Virus record (IMG/VR): IMGVR_UViG_2534681832_000017 | Coordinates: 1 to 37,193 of that record | Length of the DNA stretch: 37,193 nucleotides | From: a virus | Taxonomy: Duplodnaviria > Heunggongvirae > Uroviricota > Caudoviricetes | Strand: one strand, 5' to 3' | Part shown: in pieces, positions 19,483 to 29,167 of the stretch | How the letters are laid out: each line of letters opens with the position of its first letter | How positions within the stretch are numbered: position 1 is the stretch's first letter | Position numbers and translations under genes: made by a program | The notes under the pieces: model-generated | What the model saw: the letters and a program-made list of their open reading frames with translations, nothing else | The model's database searches: none | What the model was told of the DNA's origin: nothing

Positions 19483-20745
19483 ATGATCACTTCAGCACAA
19501 AACCAATCAATCGAAAATGTATCTATCCCTGACGTCCTGAATGCCGGTATCCCGGCCATTATCCAGAACATCCGGGCCGCGCAACGCCGCGTTAGTTGTG
19601 ATGACCTCACAGCGCGTTTTTTTGATAATGCGGTTCAGTCAGCGGAGATGCTTCACGCACAGCTTATTGATGTTTATAACGCAGAAGCTGATAGCCATAA
19701 CTCCCTGGTAGATGCAGCTGAAAATATGCAGTTGGATCTCGGTCTGAAGGGTAAAGAAATTGAAGAGCTTCAGCTACAAATTGAACATTTGAAACGCCAG
19801 CAACAGGACGCGATCGACGATGCGACGCATGACGCCAACCAGCGTGCTGATAATGCCGAACGTATAAGCATTGAGCTGGAAACAAAACTCAATGAAATGA
19901 CCGCGATGGTTGAACTGCGGAACTCACAGATTTCAACGCTAAAATCTCAATATAAAGAGATCATGAAACTTGATCCTTTTAACCTTGAGAAACGCTATAA
20001 CAAAGCTAAAAGCGAGCGACAGGAACTGCGTAAGCAGGTCGCCGACCTTAACCAACAGCTCAAAAAAACTATTAAAGATGCAAGCGAGGCGCGCGTGGCA
20101 TTTGCTAATAAAAAAGCAGAGGTTACCGCGCTGGTTAATGAGAATGCCAAATTTGCGACGCTCAAGAAGGAAATGTATGGCATTACTGAGCGCCGTTTCC
20201 CTGCAAGCAAACTTCATCCGACGTTAGGGCAAATCTCCTTCTTCCCGCGCCTCCTGGCTTATGGGATCTCATCGCCTAAAGAGTTCAATAACGAGCGTCC
20301 TTATATCGTTTCTAAGCTGGACTTTGCTTATCAGTTCTGCTGCGACATGGGCTATGCCATTGATATCCGAATCAACGAATGGTTGATGCCAAACTTCCAG
20401 CCGTTGGCAATTTTCCGCGAGTTCCAGCCGGAAGGTTGGGTAGAGTTCTTCCATGAATTGATCTGTAAAGAAATGGAAAGCCGCCGCCCGGAATTGGTCC
20501 GTCGAGTTGAGTGGGCGCAAGAGGTTATGTTGGCAGATGCAGAGCTGCCGTTCGAACCGGAATTCATTGATGATCTGGCAACTAAAGGGTTGCATACCCT
20601 GTTTGATGTGGTTACCCGCCGTCATGAGCAGTTGGTTGTCGAATTGGGTTTAGAGAAAACAGCGGCAAGAAGACTTCTTGATGTTTGCTATGCACGTAGC
20701 GATGCATGGGAAAAAGAGAACGGCGGCACTATTTACGTTCGCTGA
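19483..20745 (+). CDS. hypothetical protein with N-terminal coiled coil
   Basis: ORF track; 420 aa; heptad-rich N-terminal 200 aa. Confidence 0.6.
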   Translation: MITSAQNQSIENVSIPDVLNAGIPAIIQNIRAAQRRVSCDDLTARFFDNAVQSAEMLHAQLIDVYNAEADSHNSLVDAAENMQLDLGLKGKEIEELQLQIEHLKRQQQDAIDDATHDANQRADNAERISIELETKLNEMTAMVELRNSQISTLKSQYKEIMKLDPFNLEKRYNKAKSERQELRKQVADLNQQLKKTIKDASEARVAFANKKAEVTALVNENAKFATLKKEMYGITERRFPASKLHPTLGQISFFPRLLAYGISSPKEFNNERPYIVSKLDFAYQFCCDMGYAIDIRINEWLMPNFQPLAIFREFQPEGWVEFFHELICKEMESRRPELVRRVEWAQEVMLADAELPFEPEFIDDLATKGLHTLFDVVTRRHEQLVVELGLEKTAARRLLDVCYARSDAWEKENGGTIYVR

Positions 20746-20767
20746 TAGTTACAGTGTCACTTTTAAT

Positions 20768-20798
20768 GCTGGTGGAGTGCGCCCACCAGCATTTTTTT
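20768..20798 (+). terminator. rho-independent terminator
   Basis: Stem GCTGGTGG/CCACCAGC, 7-nt loop, followed by T7. Confidence 0.6.
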
Positions 20799-20817
20799 CG
20801 TCCAATGAGGAGGGCAT

Positions 20818-21324
20818 TTGAGTATTTTCAATAAACACGCACGCCAGGAACGTCCGTACATCGTCATAGTAGATATTGATGGGACGATATCAGAGGCAAC
20901 GGAAGACAGGCTGCATTTGCTTCCACCACCAGGTAAAGGTGCATTAACAAAGGACTGGAACGAGTTTAATCTCGCCTGTGACACCGATACTCCCATCACT
21001 CCAGTTATTGATATGGTGCGCCAGTTATTTAACGTTTACACGGTCTGGTTTGTAACCGGGCGCTGTGAGATCGCAAGGGATAAAACACGAGCCTGGTTGC
21101 GTAAGCACGTAACAAACGGGGCTGAGCCTTTGCTATCTATGCGTCCTGCCACCGATGACAGAAATGACGGCCCAGCAAAGATTGATCTCCTTAAGAAAAT
21201 TGGTCTAAGTAAAATTGCGTTCGCGCTGGAAGATAAGATTGAAGTGGCGCGTGTTTTCAGGAGACACGGCGTACTTACGTTAATGGTCAGGGAGTATGAA
21301 AATGCGCTTCTCCATCAGCAATAA
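20818..21324 (+). CDS. HAD-superfamily phosphatase-like protein
   Basis: ORF track (TTG start with SD GAGGAGGG); motif I VIVDIDGTI (DxDGT). Confidence 0.55.
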   Translation: MSIFNKHARQERPYIVIVDIDGTISEATEDRLHLLPPPGKGALTKDWNEFNLACDTDTPITPVIDMVRQLFNVYTVWFVTGRCEIARDKTRAWLRKHVTNGAEPLLSMRPATDDRNDGPAKIDLLKKIGLSKIAFALEDKIEVARVFRRHGVLTLMVREYENALLHQQ

Positions 21325-21340
21325 TTGCTCTAATAAATCT
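21324..21340 (+). promoter_or_regulatory. C1-type operator (16/17), overlapping stop of upstream gene
   Basis: ATTGCTCTAATAAATCT. Confidence 0.55.
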
Positions 21341-21518
21341 TGATTTTTAAAACAGAGAAAGTGAAAATAAAAACATGCCGCAAGACGCGGCATGTATCCA
21401 ATCAATCACAGGAGCTGAAAATATGAACACGGCATTCAAAATCATTATGGCCGCGATCTATTTCTGGCTGTTCTCTATCACTTTTGGCGGCATCGTCGCA
21501 CATGGGTAAGGGGGATGC

Positions 21519-22247
21519 ATGAAAGGCGAAGTGAAAGAGCGCGGCATGATTTTCAACGATGAGATGGTCCGGGCCATCCTCGAAGGAAGGAAAACGCAGA
21601 CGCGGCGGATAATGAAAAATCAGCCTGCGGAAGTTGGTCCAGAAGCACCAGTGATGGTTAGAAAAATTGGTGCAGGTTTTCAGTGGTACGGGGCTGATGG
21701 TGTAAGCAGTGTTTTCAATTGCCCCTTTGGTATCGTCGGCGATCGAATTTGGGTTCGTGAAACATGGGCGATATTAGGCAATGAGGATGGTTGCAGTGTG
21801 GACTGGAACGACAACCTTTGTCGTGGCGATGAGAAGAACGCAGCAAGGATTTATCGGGCCAGTTGCGAGCAAAAACCTGGTGATTACGGCTTATGGTCGA
21901 TACCCGATGATGCCGACTGGAAACCTCACACTGTGAATGAAAAGTTTGATGGTGGGTGGCGTCCATCAATTCACATGCCGCGATGGGCATCACGCATCCT
22001 GTTGGAAATTACCAACGTGCGCGTTGAGCGGTTGAACGATATCAGCGAATGCGATGCAAGGGCTGAGGGCGTTCCGCCTGCTGGGAGTTTGCTTCCTGAT
22101 CACCCGGGAACATTCCTTACTCCCAAGGGGGATTTCGCAATGGCCAAGGTTGCGTTCCAGCGCCTGTGGGAATCCATCTATGGTGAAGAAAGCTGGAACG
22201 CTAATCCCTTGGTGTGGGTAATCGAGTTTAAGCGCATTCAGGAATAA
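21519..22247 (+). CDS. conserved phage protein, ASCH/PUA-like N-terminus
   Basis: ORF track; N-terminal MIFNDEMVRAILEGRKTQTRR (GxKTxxxR) resembles ASCH-type fold (recalled). Confidence 0.5.
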   Translation: MKGEVKERGMIFNDEMVRAILEGRKTQTRRIMKNQPAEVGPEAPVMVRKIGAGFQWYGADGVSSVFNCPFGIVGDRIWVRETWAILGNEDGCSVDWNDNLCRGDEKNAARIYRASCEQKPGDYGLWSIPDDADWKPHTVNEKFDGGWRPSIHMPRWASRILLEITNVRVERLNDISECDARAEGVPPAGSLLPDHPGTFLTPKGDFAMAKVAFQRLWESIYGEESWNANPLVWVIEFKRIQE

Positions 22248-22330
22248 ACCGTGAGTATGCATCAAATCGTCAGTTTTTCAGGTGGACGAGCATCGGCCTG
22301 TCTCGTTCATCTGTTCGAAGAGGTAGTGGC

Positions 22331-22534
22331 ATGACAATCGTAAAAACCCATACCGGCACCGTGATCACCAAAGACGGGCCGCAGGTAAAAAAACTGCACC
22401 AAACAGAGCGGATGTGGGTCGTCGGCAAAAATGAGTTTTACCACAAAGATACCGGACGCCGCCACTTTGCAGAAAATACGCGCCGTCGACTGCTGTTAGA
22501 CACCATCAAGCCTATCGAGGTGAAGCATGTTTAA
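22331..22534 (+). CDS. hypothetical small protein
   Basis: ORF track. Confidence 0.4.
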   Translation: MTIVKTHTGTVITKDGPQVKKLHQTERMWVVGKNEFYHKDTGRRHFAENTRRRLLLDTIKPIEVKHV

Positions 22535-22766
22535 ACAGAACGAAAAAGCTATCGCTCAAATTGCTGATTATATCCCGCGTGCGTGCCGGGGTATGCAGTT
22601 GCAGGAAGCCAAAGCGCGCCTGGAGAAAAAAATTGCGCTCTATATTGATGACGGCTGTGATGCTGCCGTTCTTAACGCGGCGTTCGCACCAGCTCTTAAC
22701 AGTCATACTCGGGAGTCTTTTTTTTCGTGCATCGAAGCGCAACTCCGCAAAGGAGGCAGCCAGTGA
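22527..22766 (+). CDS. hypothetical small protein
   Basis: ORF track; stop overlaps GTG start of next gene. Confidence 0.45.
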   Translation: MFKQNEKAIAQIADYIPRACRGMQLQEAKARLEKKIALYIDDGCDAAVLNAAFAPALNSHTRESFFSCIEAQLRKGGSQ

Positions 22767-23464
22767 GCGAAATTAATTACCGGGCACTGCGTGAGATAGC
22801 AAAACAGGCAACACAGGGCGAATGGGTCGCATTTATTTCGCCGGGTACTGGTACGTATGCGGTGCACACGCCCGGTGATGAACGATGTGAAGACGTTATC
22901 AAATGGACCGGCTTTGATGGACAGAAAAATGCAGAGAACAACGCTCGTCATGTTGCCGCGTTCAACCCAAAGGTTGCACTGGAGCTGCTTGGTGAAATTA
23001 AGTGCTTGGAGGACACAAATATTGATGCCACGTGCCGAATTTCAGAGCTTGAGACTAATCTCGCGGCGCTGGTGGCAGAGAACGCCGGGCTGAAACACGC
23101 AATGGCCGTAACTCTTGAGCATGTGTCGGTCACGGATGCAGGGCAGGCTGGTGTTGCTGCAATGATTATCAACGATGCCCTACACCACAGCGAAACTCCA
23201 GCTACCGATGCTTTTCTGGCTGAAATTCGTGCGGAAGCACGCAACGAGGGGATTAACTATACCGCCAGCCGTCTTGCTGCTGCGTTCAATCACGGATTTA
23301 TCAATAAGTCTTTGCGTGAAGTTTTCGACGTTACACGCATGATTTTGTCAGCGAAAGAAGAGTTGGCTAATGAACCGTACCCGATTGATGGCCTGTCTGG
23401 TGAATATGCGGAGAAATCCCTTGAAGAATGGGCGGAACAGATTAGCAAAGGAGGCAACCAGTGA
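22763..23464 (+). CDS. Ead/Ea22-like protein, paralogue 1
   Basis: GTG start in AAGGAGGCAGCCAGTGA coupling motif; N-terminus VSEINYRALREIAKQATQGEW matches paralogue at 23943. Confidence 0.5.
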   Translation: MSEINYRALREIAKQATQGEWVAFISPGTGTYAVHTPGDERCEDVIKWTGFDGQKNAENNARHVAAFNPKVALELLGEIKCLEDTNIDATCRISELETNLAALVAENAGLKHAMAVTLEHVSVTDAGQAGVAAMIINDALHHSETPATDAFLAEIRAEARNEGINYTASRLAAAFNHGFINKSLREVFDVTRMILSAKEELANEPYPIDGLSGEYAEKSLEEWAEQISKGGNQ

Positions 23465-23946
23465 CTTTACATGCAGCAATCCTCGACATGTGCTGTGGCA
23501 GTCGCATGTTCTGGTTCGATAAGAAGGACGACCGGGCGATATTTAGCGATATCAGAAAGGAAGAGCACACATTGTGTGATGGACGACGGCTGATAATTAG
23601 CCCTGACCTGATAGCAGATTTTCGTGCATTACCATTTGCAGACGCATCGTTTCCGATTGTTGTATTCGACCCTCCGCATCTTGAGCGTGTTGGTGATAAC
23701 GCCTGGATGGGAAAGAAATATGGACGGCTGAATAAAGATACCTGGCGTGATGATTTGCGGCAGGGATTTAAAGAAGCCTTTCGTGTGTTGTGGCCATACG
23801 GCGTTCTGATTTTTAAATGGAATGAAACGCAAATACCTGTTCGCCAAATATTGGCACTGACCGACAGAAAGCCTGTTATCGGTCAACGAACAGGAAAGGG
23901 TGACAAGACCCACTGGATTATTTTTATGAAGGAGGGCAACCAGTGA
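23461..23946 (+). CDS. small putative DNA amino-methyltransferase (DPPH motif)
   Basis: GTG start, GTGA coupling; motif I-like ILDMCCGSRMFWFD and motif IV-like IVVFDPPH. Confidence 0.5.
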   Translation: MTLHAAILDMCCGSRMFWFDKKDDRAIFSDIRKEEHTLCDGRRLIISPDLIADFRALPFADASFPIVVFDPPHLERVGDNAWMGKKYGRLNKDTWRDDLRQGFKEAFRVLWPYGVLIFKWNETQIPVRQILALTDRKPVIGQRTGKGDKTHWIIFMKEGNQ

Positions 23947-24716
23947 GCGAGATTGACTATCAGGCGCTGCGTGAAGCAGCAGAGAAAGCAACTAAAGGAT
24001 GCTACATCGTAGGGCATACATCGGGCAATCAGCATGAGAATATAACAGGAGTTTTTGTTTGTCAAAAATGGAAAGGAGAACCCGGTGGCGTAATTGCAGA
24101 ATGTCATGTTAACTGCCTGATTGAATCAGATGATCAGGCTTATGCAAACGCTGAATTCATAGCAGAGGCTAACCCGGCTACCGTGCTGGCACTGCTGGAT
24201 GAACAGGAAAGAAACCAGCAATACATCAAACGCCGCGACCAGGAGAACGAGGAGATTGCGCTTACGGTTGGGAAGCTGCGTGTTGAGCTTGAAGCAGCAG
24301 AGAACAACCTTATTGATAGTGAATGCCATGTTGCTGAACTGGAAGAAGCTCTACGCGATAAGCAGGCGTTACTTGAAGCCTCAGAAAAGCGCAACGCAAA
24401 ATTACAAAGCGAGAATGCATACATCCGCAACCGGTACAAAGAACTGGACCTATTAATCGGGAAAAACATTCTGGTCATGCAGGCTGCCATTATCGAATGG
24501 CAGGCAACTGGCGACGCTAAGAGCGGACTAGCATGGATTTATAACACACTGTTTGGCCCTGGCGAATTACCGGACGAATCTGAGAAAGATGCTCAGGCCT
24601 ACTTTAATCGCAAATATGCACCGATTGACGAAAAGCTTATGGCGCTTCACAAGTGGTTTTGGGAACAAAGTGAAGCCGAGCGCGCCGCTGGCATTCGCAT
24701 CAAAGGAGGTGAGTAA
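23943..24716 (+). CDS. Ead/Ea22-like protein, paralogue 2
   Basis: GTG start in same AGGGCAACCAGTGA coupling motif; N-terminus MSEIDYQALREAAEKATKG; central coiled coil. Confidence 0.5.
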   Translation: MSEIDYQALREAAEKATKGCYIVGHTSGNQHENITGVFVCQKWKGEPGGVIAECHVNCLIESDDQAYANAEFIAEANPATVLALLDEQERNQQYIKRRDQENEEIALTVGKLRVELEAAENNLIDSECHVAELEEALRDKQALLEASEKRNAKLQSENAYIRNRYKELDLLIGKNILVMQAAIIEWQATGDAKSGLAWIYNTLFGPGELPDESEKDAQAYFNRKYAPIDEKLMALHKWFWEQSEAERAAGIRIKGGE

Positions 24717-24871
24717 TGCGTGTGGCATGTATCGGCTTGTTACCGTATCCGACTCGTTTTTGGGCTTCTGCGCTAATTGCAAAGAACATCATCCCGACAC
24801 CAAAGCGCCGCCATACCGGTATTGCAGCGGCACGACGAGCAGCAAAGAGATGCAGGAGAGCAAAACGATGA
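24716..24871 (+). CDS. hypothetical small basic protein (51 aa)
   Basis: TAATG overlap with upstream gene, SD AAGGAGGTGAG; ATGA overlap with next ORF. Confidence 0.35.
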   Translation: MRVACIGLLPYPTRFWASALIAKNIIPTPKRRHTGIAAARRAAKRCRRAKR

Positions 24872-25056
24872 AAAACCGTAAAGCAAAGATTCTGTTAGTT
24901 CGTAGAAACGCTCCTGGCGTCTGGCAGTGGGTGAGACTCAGCAACCGACGGATGGGGTTGATGAAATATTACGGGATGATGGATTGTGGTTTTTGCAAAA
25001 AGCCCAGCGCGGAGCAAAACCGCTGGAAAAACCACTTGCGCACTAAAGGAGAGTGA
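24868..25056 (+). CDS. hypothetical small protein (62 aa)
   Basis: Internal start of track ORF 24553-25056 chosen because the upstream part overlaps the preceding gene. Confidence 0.4.
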   Translation: MKNRKAKILLVRRNAPGVWQWVRLSNRRMGLMKYYGMMDCGFCKKPSAEQNRWKNHLRTKGE

Positions 25057-25057
25057 T

Positions 25058-25267
25058 ATGGCTATTGCTGCAAGTTACACCATGCATCTCTATTGTGATT
25101 GCCTCCAGTGTACAGATGGCAAATATAAGTCGCCAGACTTCGGTGAGTATATAGGTACGTCATGGGCTGGCTGTGCAAAAGAGGCGCGCAAGGATGGCTG
25201 GCGAATAAGCAAAGACAAAACGCGTGCTTTTGCGCCCGGGCATAAAGTTTTGAGGATTAACAAATGA
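25058..25267 (+). CDS. small Cys-rich protein
   Basis: ATG one nt after upstream stop, SD AAAGGAGAG; CDCLQC...C motif. Confidence 0.45.
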   Translation: MAIAASYTMHLYCDCLQCTDGKYKSPDFGEYIGTSWAGCAKEARKDGWRISKDKTRAFAPGHKVLRINK

Positions 25268-26106
25268 CCACTATTACCAAAGAGCGACTGCTGACAATCA
25301 AGCAGTGGCGCGAAACATACGGACCTGGTAGCAACGTTGTACTGCCAGCAGAAGAAGCGGAAGAACTGGCACGGATTGCTCTGGCAGCGCTGGAAGCTGA
25401 ACCTGTTCTGTATCAGTCCTGCACTCGCCCCACTTGGAATAGCGGTGTTCCGTGGACGGAATGGAAAGAACGTAGTCGTGAGGGCTACGAAAACGATTTG
25501 CGCTTTACAGACACGCCTGACCATGCCGGTTGGATAAACAAATGCCGAAAACTATATACCACTCCGCCAGTTCCGGTAATACAGGCTGATGTCGCGCAAG
25601 CAATTGAAAACCTCAAGCAGAAGTTAGTGGAATGCAATCGCTATAACTACTGCGCAGATGCAGTTAAAGGCGTAGAGGATGCCTGCCGTGCTGTTAGCTA
25701 TAGCCAAGCCGACAATCAACCAGCATCTGGCAACCAGGCTGCCGAATCCAATCGCGGTAATGAGTGGACTGGCAATCCTGATATTGATAACGCCATCATC
25801 ATGCTCGACCGCATAGATACGCTGGAAAATTGCGATGATGACCGTATTGAGGCTGTTAAGGCTGTTTTGCGTAGACTGGCTGGCAACTCTCCGGTAACTC
25901 CGGATAGTTGGATAAGCTGTAGTGAGCGAATGCCGGAAGAAACGGGTGACATTATTGTTGTTTCTGATGGCATTGTAATGTCAGGGATTTCTTATTCTCG
26001 TCGTGACGGGTTCTATATAGCCGCATTGGAGTACGACGACGATGAGCCAATTGGCGGTGTAACCCACTGGATGCCGTTACCAGAACCGCCGCAGGAGGCA
26101 AAATGA
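25264..26106 (+). CDS. phage protein with DUF551-like C-terminal domain
   Basis: ORF track; C-terminus WISCSERMPEE...GVTHWMPLPEPP. Confidence 0.55.
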   Translation: MTTITKERLLTIKQWRETYGPGSNVVLPAEEAEELARIALAALEAEPVLYQSCTRPTWNSGVPWTEWKERSREGYENDLRFTDTPDHAGWINKCRKLYTTPPVPVIQADVAQAIENLKQKLVECNRYNYCADAVKGVEDACRAVSYSQADNQPASGNQAAESNRGNEWTGNPDIDNAIIMLDRIDTLENCDDDRIEAVKAVLRRLAGNSPVTPDSWISCSERMPEETGDIIVVSDGIVMSGISYSRRDGFYIAALEYDDDEPIGGVTHWMPLPEPPQEAK

Positions 26107-26363
26107 TGGATGTAAAAGAGAAGGTTTTGCAGGTGATGCGTTCCCGTGCTGCCCTGCAAGAGAAAGCTCTCGGCGGGGAATATCCATTCAGGATGGCAAC
26201 CTGGAATTTGCGGTTGGCAATGGAGAAGGAATTTCCTGATGAAGAATGGCGTTCGGCAGATTTGCGCAAAATTCTTATGGAGCTGGCTAAAGACGGAGCA
26301 GTATCCAAAGATACCTATGCCAGCCGGATTGGTCAGGCGGTATGGAGACTGGAGGTGCGGTAA
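26103..26363 (+). CDS. hypothetical small protein
   Basis: ORF track; ATGA-type coupling on both sides. Confidence 0.5.
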   Translation: MMDVKEKVLQVMRSRAALQEKALGGEYPFRMATWNLRLAMEKEFPDEEWRSADLRKILMELAKDGAVSKDTYASRIGQAVWRLEVR

Positions 26364-26644
26364 TGGCTAACCTGCAACTTGCCGTTAAAGGTGAATACTT
26401 CGATGCCATGATTCGCGGGGAGAAAACGGAAGAGTATCGCCTGTGTAATGACTACTGGAATAAGCGCCTCGTTAACTGTAAGTATGACCGCCTGATTATC
26501 ACAAAGGGATATCCGAAGCGCGAAGACTTCAGTCGCAGAATTGACGTCCCGTATAACGGATATGAAATAAAAACAATCACACATCCACACTTCGGTGATA
26601 AACCGGTAAAGGTGTTCGCGATAAAAGTGAAGATTAATAGCTAA
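26363..26644 (+). CDS. ASCH-like small protein
   Basis: Start at internal ATG with SD GGAGGTG; MANLQLAVKGEYFDAMIRGEKTEEYR. Confidence 0.5.
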   Translation: MANLQLAVKGEYFDAMIRGEKTEEYRLCNDYWNKRLVNCKYDRLIITKGYPKREDFSRRIDVPYNGYEIKTITHPHFGDKPVKVFAIKVKINS

Positions 26645-26667
26645 ATTTCAATTAACACGGAGTAATT

Positions 26668-26961
26668 ATGTGGCGCGGTAATAATCATGGCGGAAGTCAG
26701 ATGATACTTACCGAATATACGTTCGACCACAAAACCAATAAATCACGTTCAGTATATTTGCTTCGGCACAATAGCCGCGTAAGAAATACCGTTCTGGAGC
26801 AAAATCTGACCGTTGAAATGGATAATTTGGGAAACTTCAAGCCAACAATATCGCTTGATGATTTTCCGTGTGGTTTAAGCGAAAGAGAAGCAATGCTGAA
26901 ATTAGCAGAATGGCTACAAAGATTAAGCATTGCTATTGAAGATAACTGGCCTGAACCTTAA
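26668..26961 (+). CDS. hypothetical small protein
   Basis: ORF track; SD GGAG. Confidence 0.5.
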   Translation: MWRGNNHGGSQMILTEYTFDHKTNKSRSVYLLRHNSRVRNTVLEQNLTVEMDNLGNFKPTISLDDFPCGLSEREAMLKLAEWLQRLSIAIEDNWPEP

Positions 26962-26967
26962 ATTAAT

Positions 26968-27342
26968 ATGATGACACTAAAACATTTTCTTGACCGCCCA
27001 TTATGGGCGGCAGCCGCAGGCTATGACTTTAATTATATGGATTGCATGTCTTATACTGCCAATGCATACGACCATTCGTTCAGCCTGCTGTTTAATTCTT
27101 TAAGAATATTGCCGGAAACAGAAGTTGGAGAGCTTCATTTATGGATATTGGGCTTTATCGCGGCTGGAGTTGGTATTGCCGTATGGCCTTTTATTTTCTG
27201 GCTGGTGGCTGTTGTAGTGTGGTTTAAGTGCAAGACGTACCGGAAAAAGTATTTCTTAGGTGATGGAATGACTGATATTGCCAAAATGAACATTGAAAAA
27301 TGGACTAAGGAATGTGAAAAGAAATGGCGCAAAAAGAAATGA
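26968..27342 (+). CDS. hypothetical membrane protein
   Basis: ORF track; two hydrophobic helices (LWILGFIAAGVGIAVWPFIFWLVAVVVWF). Confidence 0.5.
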   Translation: MMTLKHFLDRPLWAAAAGYDFNYMDCMSYTANAYDHSFSLLFNSLRILPETEVGELHLWILGFIAAGVGIAVWPFIFWLVAVVVWFKCKTYRKKYFLGDGMTDIAKMNIEKWTKECEKKWRKKK

Positions 27343-28013
27343 CTACTCTAACGACAGCATACTTACAGCAATTGGTATTTTTTGCAGGCGAGGCTACTTG
27401 TCATCCTGACGCAAACTATTTATTGGAATTTGAGAGGTTAGCGTCACCCGGTATCGTTCTGGAACTGGCCCAACAGGTGCTGGCCTTGAGACAAAAAGAG
27501 CAACATGAAAGTAATACGTGTAGATTGAATTTTGAGCAGTGGCTGGAACAGCAACGCGGAAAAATCGATGTGGACTGTGGTTGTGTGTCCACTGAAACAT
27601 TCATGCACTGGCTGCGGGTAGCTTACGAGGCTGGCAACTATCCGGATATTCCGGATATTCCGGATAGTTCGGTGCCAGCGCCAGGAAAGGGCGTCACAGG
27701 TGAACGTATCCGCATTAAGCCGCATGTTTATCGCGAACTGGTTAACCGTCTCCACGATACAGCGATCAAGTGTGCTGGCACCCAGCAATTACGAGAAAGA
27801 ATTAGCCGTGTTTTGGGCGACGTTATTACGCCAGACCATCATAAACAAGCCGAGAAAAGTGACCTGGAAAGGTGTCACCTTGAGGCGGCATTAAACATTA
27901 AGCCGGGGCATACGCTTGGCATTATCGATGCTCTGTTGGTTCATAAGATGGCCAGGGCTTTATTGCCGCTGGTGGCTGAAAAGCATGAGGCGGACCATGC
28001 CAACGAAAGCTGA
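27339..28013 (+). CDS. hypothetical protein
   Basis: ATGA overlap with upstream gene preferred over track start 27324. Confidence 0.5.
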   Translation: MTTLTTAYLQQLVFFAGEATCHPDANYLLEFERLASPGIVLELAQQVLALRQKEQHESNTCRLNFEQWLEQQRGKIDVDCGCVSTETFMHWLRVAYEAGNYPDIPDIPDSSVPAPGKGVTGERIRIKPHVYRELVNRLHDTAIKCAGTQQLRERISRVLGDVITPDHHKQAEKSDLERCHLEAALNIKPGHTLGIIDALLVHKMARALLPLVAEKHEADHANES

Positions 28014-28281
28014 GTTACAGGCGCGCATAGATATTCTTGAAAAAGAGAATGCGAGTCTAAAAGGAATGCTGGCGCGGGCGGAAAGGGAATTATCAGGCAA
28101 ATTATTGCCAGAAGAGCTGCCACCAGCAGATATACCTGATCGAGTGTCCTGGTGGATGAAGTATTTCCGTGCACCGTGGGAGGCGTTTTGGTGCTACGAC
28201 CATCGCAGATGGTGTGATGAGCTTGATAGCAGTTTCCCCTATTTTGCGGAAGGGAACTCTTGCCCTGAATGTAGGAGTTAA
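27997..28281 (+). CDS. hypothetical protein, paralogue A (Cys/His C-terminal motif)
   Basis: Internal ATG of track ORF; C-terminus PWEAFWCYDHRRWCDELDSSFPYFAEGNSCPEC. Confidence 0.45.
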   Translation: MPTKAELQARIDILEKENASLKGMLARAERELSGKLLPEELPPADIPDRVSWWMKYFRAPWEAFWCYDHRRWCDELDSSFPYFAEGNSCPECRS

Positions 28282-28586
28282 TGATGACCGGCGAGCTTTA
28301 TTTTAAAATGGCACGGGAGCGGCGTGTGCATCTGGATCGGATATTTCATCTCCAGAAGAGAGTAGAAGAACTGGAACGTCGTCTGAACTGTTATCCTGTT
28401 GATATGGTGTCTGCAATACCGCCGATTCCAATAGAAATGCAGATCCGCCTATGGATGGAAGAATATGGAATGCCGTGGGAGATATTTTTCTGCTTCGACC
28501 ATAAACAGTGGGTAGATGAGCTGGATAATAGTTTCCCATATTTCACAGAGAACACATGCCCAGTATGCAGGAAGAACGGAATATGA
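28281..28586 (+). CDS. hypothetical protein, paralogue B (Cys/His C-terminal motif)
   Basis: ORF track; TAATG coupling; C-terminus PWEIFFCFDHKQWVDELDNSFPYFTENTCPVC. Confidence 0.5.
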   Translation: MMTGELYFKMARERRVHLDRIFHLQKRVEELERRLNCYPVDMVSAIPPIPIEMQIRLWMEEYGMPWEIFFCFDHKQWVDELDNSFPYFTENTCPVCRKNGI

Positions 28587-29107
28587 CAAAATTTGGAAAG
28601 CTGGAAGCTCATTTGCTAACTCGTAACTACCGCCATGATATACACCCATATAGACAGTGGATCGATGAAAGTGAAGGAGTAGTTACATTCCCTCTATACA
28701 GGTTTGATGGGATGTTGGCTGGGTATCAGACATATAGACCAGGTGCTCCTAAGCAGCATAGCAATCCGAAGATGGCCCGGTATTTCACGCGATCACATGG
28801 CAGACAGTTACTTTGGGGAACCTATCTTCCTTTAAAAGATGGCCCAATATGGATAACTGAGTCTATTTTTAAGAGCGCAGCTGTACACAACGCGGGCGGC
28901 AATTCGTGGGCGCTGTTAGGTTCGACTTTCTCCGCAGGATTACGCCGTCAACTTGCGATGCTGCCGTATGACTTTCGTGTAATAGGTGACAATGATGCGG
29001 CTGGTGAATTACTTGTGAAGTCTTTCGGAAAAGGTTTTGTGGCCCCGGATCTTGACGAGCTACAACCACATGAAGTGTCTCATTTGATTTTTAGCCATAG
29101 CCAATAA
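28583..29107 (+). CDS. Toprim-domain-like protein
   Basis: ATGA overlap start; conserved Glu (IWITESIF) and DxD (VIGDNDAAGE) spacing typical of Toprim. Confidence 0.45.
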   Translation: MTKFGKLEAHLLTRNYRHDIHPYRQWIDESEGVVTFPLYRFDGMLAGYQTYRPGAPKQHSNPKMARYFTRSHGRQLLWGTYLPLKDGPIWITESIFKSAAVHNAGGNSWALLGSTFSAGLRRQLAMLPYDFRVIGDNDAAGELLVKSFGKGFVAPDLDELQPHEVSHLIFSHSQ

Positions 29108-29123
29108 GCATCTCTCCCCTTTG

Positions 29124-29142
29124 AGGCCACAATTAGTGGCCT
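29124..29142. terminator. hairpin between convergent genes (possible bidirectional terminator)
   Basis: Stem AGGCCAC/GTGGCCT with AATTA loop. Confidence 0.45.
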
Positions 29143-29167
29143 TAAACAATGTGTTTTCTACCTCGAT

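Noticed and set aside
24553-25056. Single 167-aa protein from ORF 24553-25056
   Set aside because: Its first 55 codons overlap the preceding Ea22-like gene out of frame; splitting into small coupled genes (24716-24871, 24868-25056) fits the start/stop overlap pattern better.
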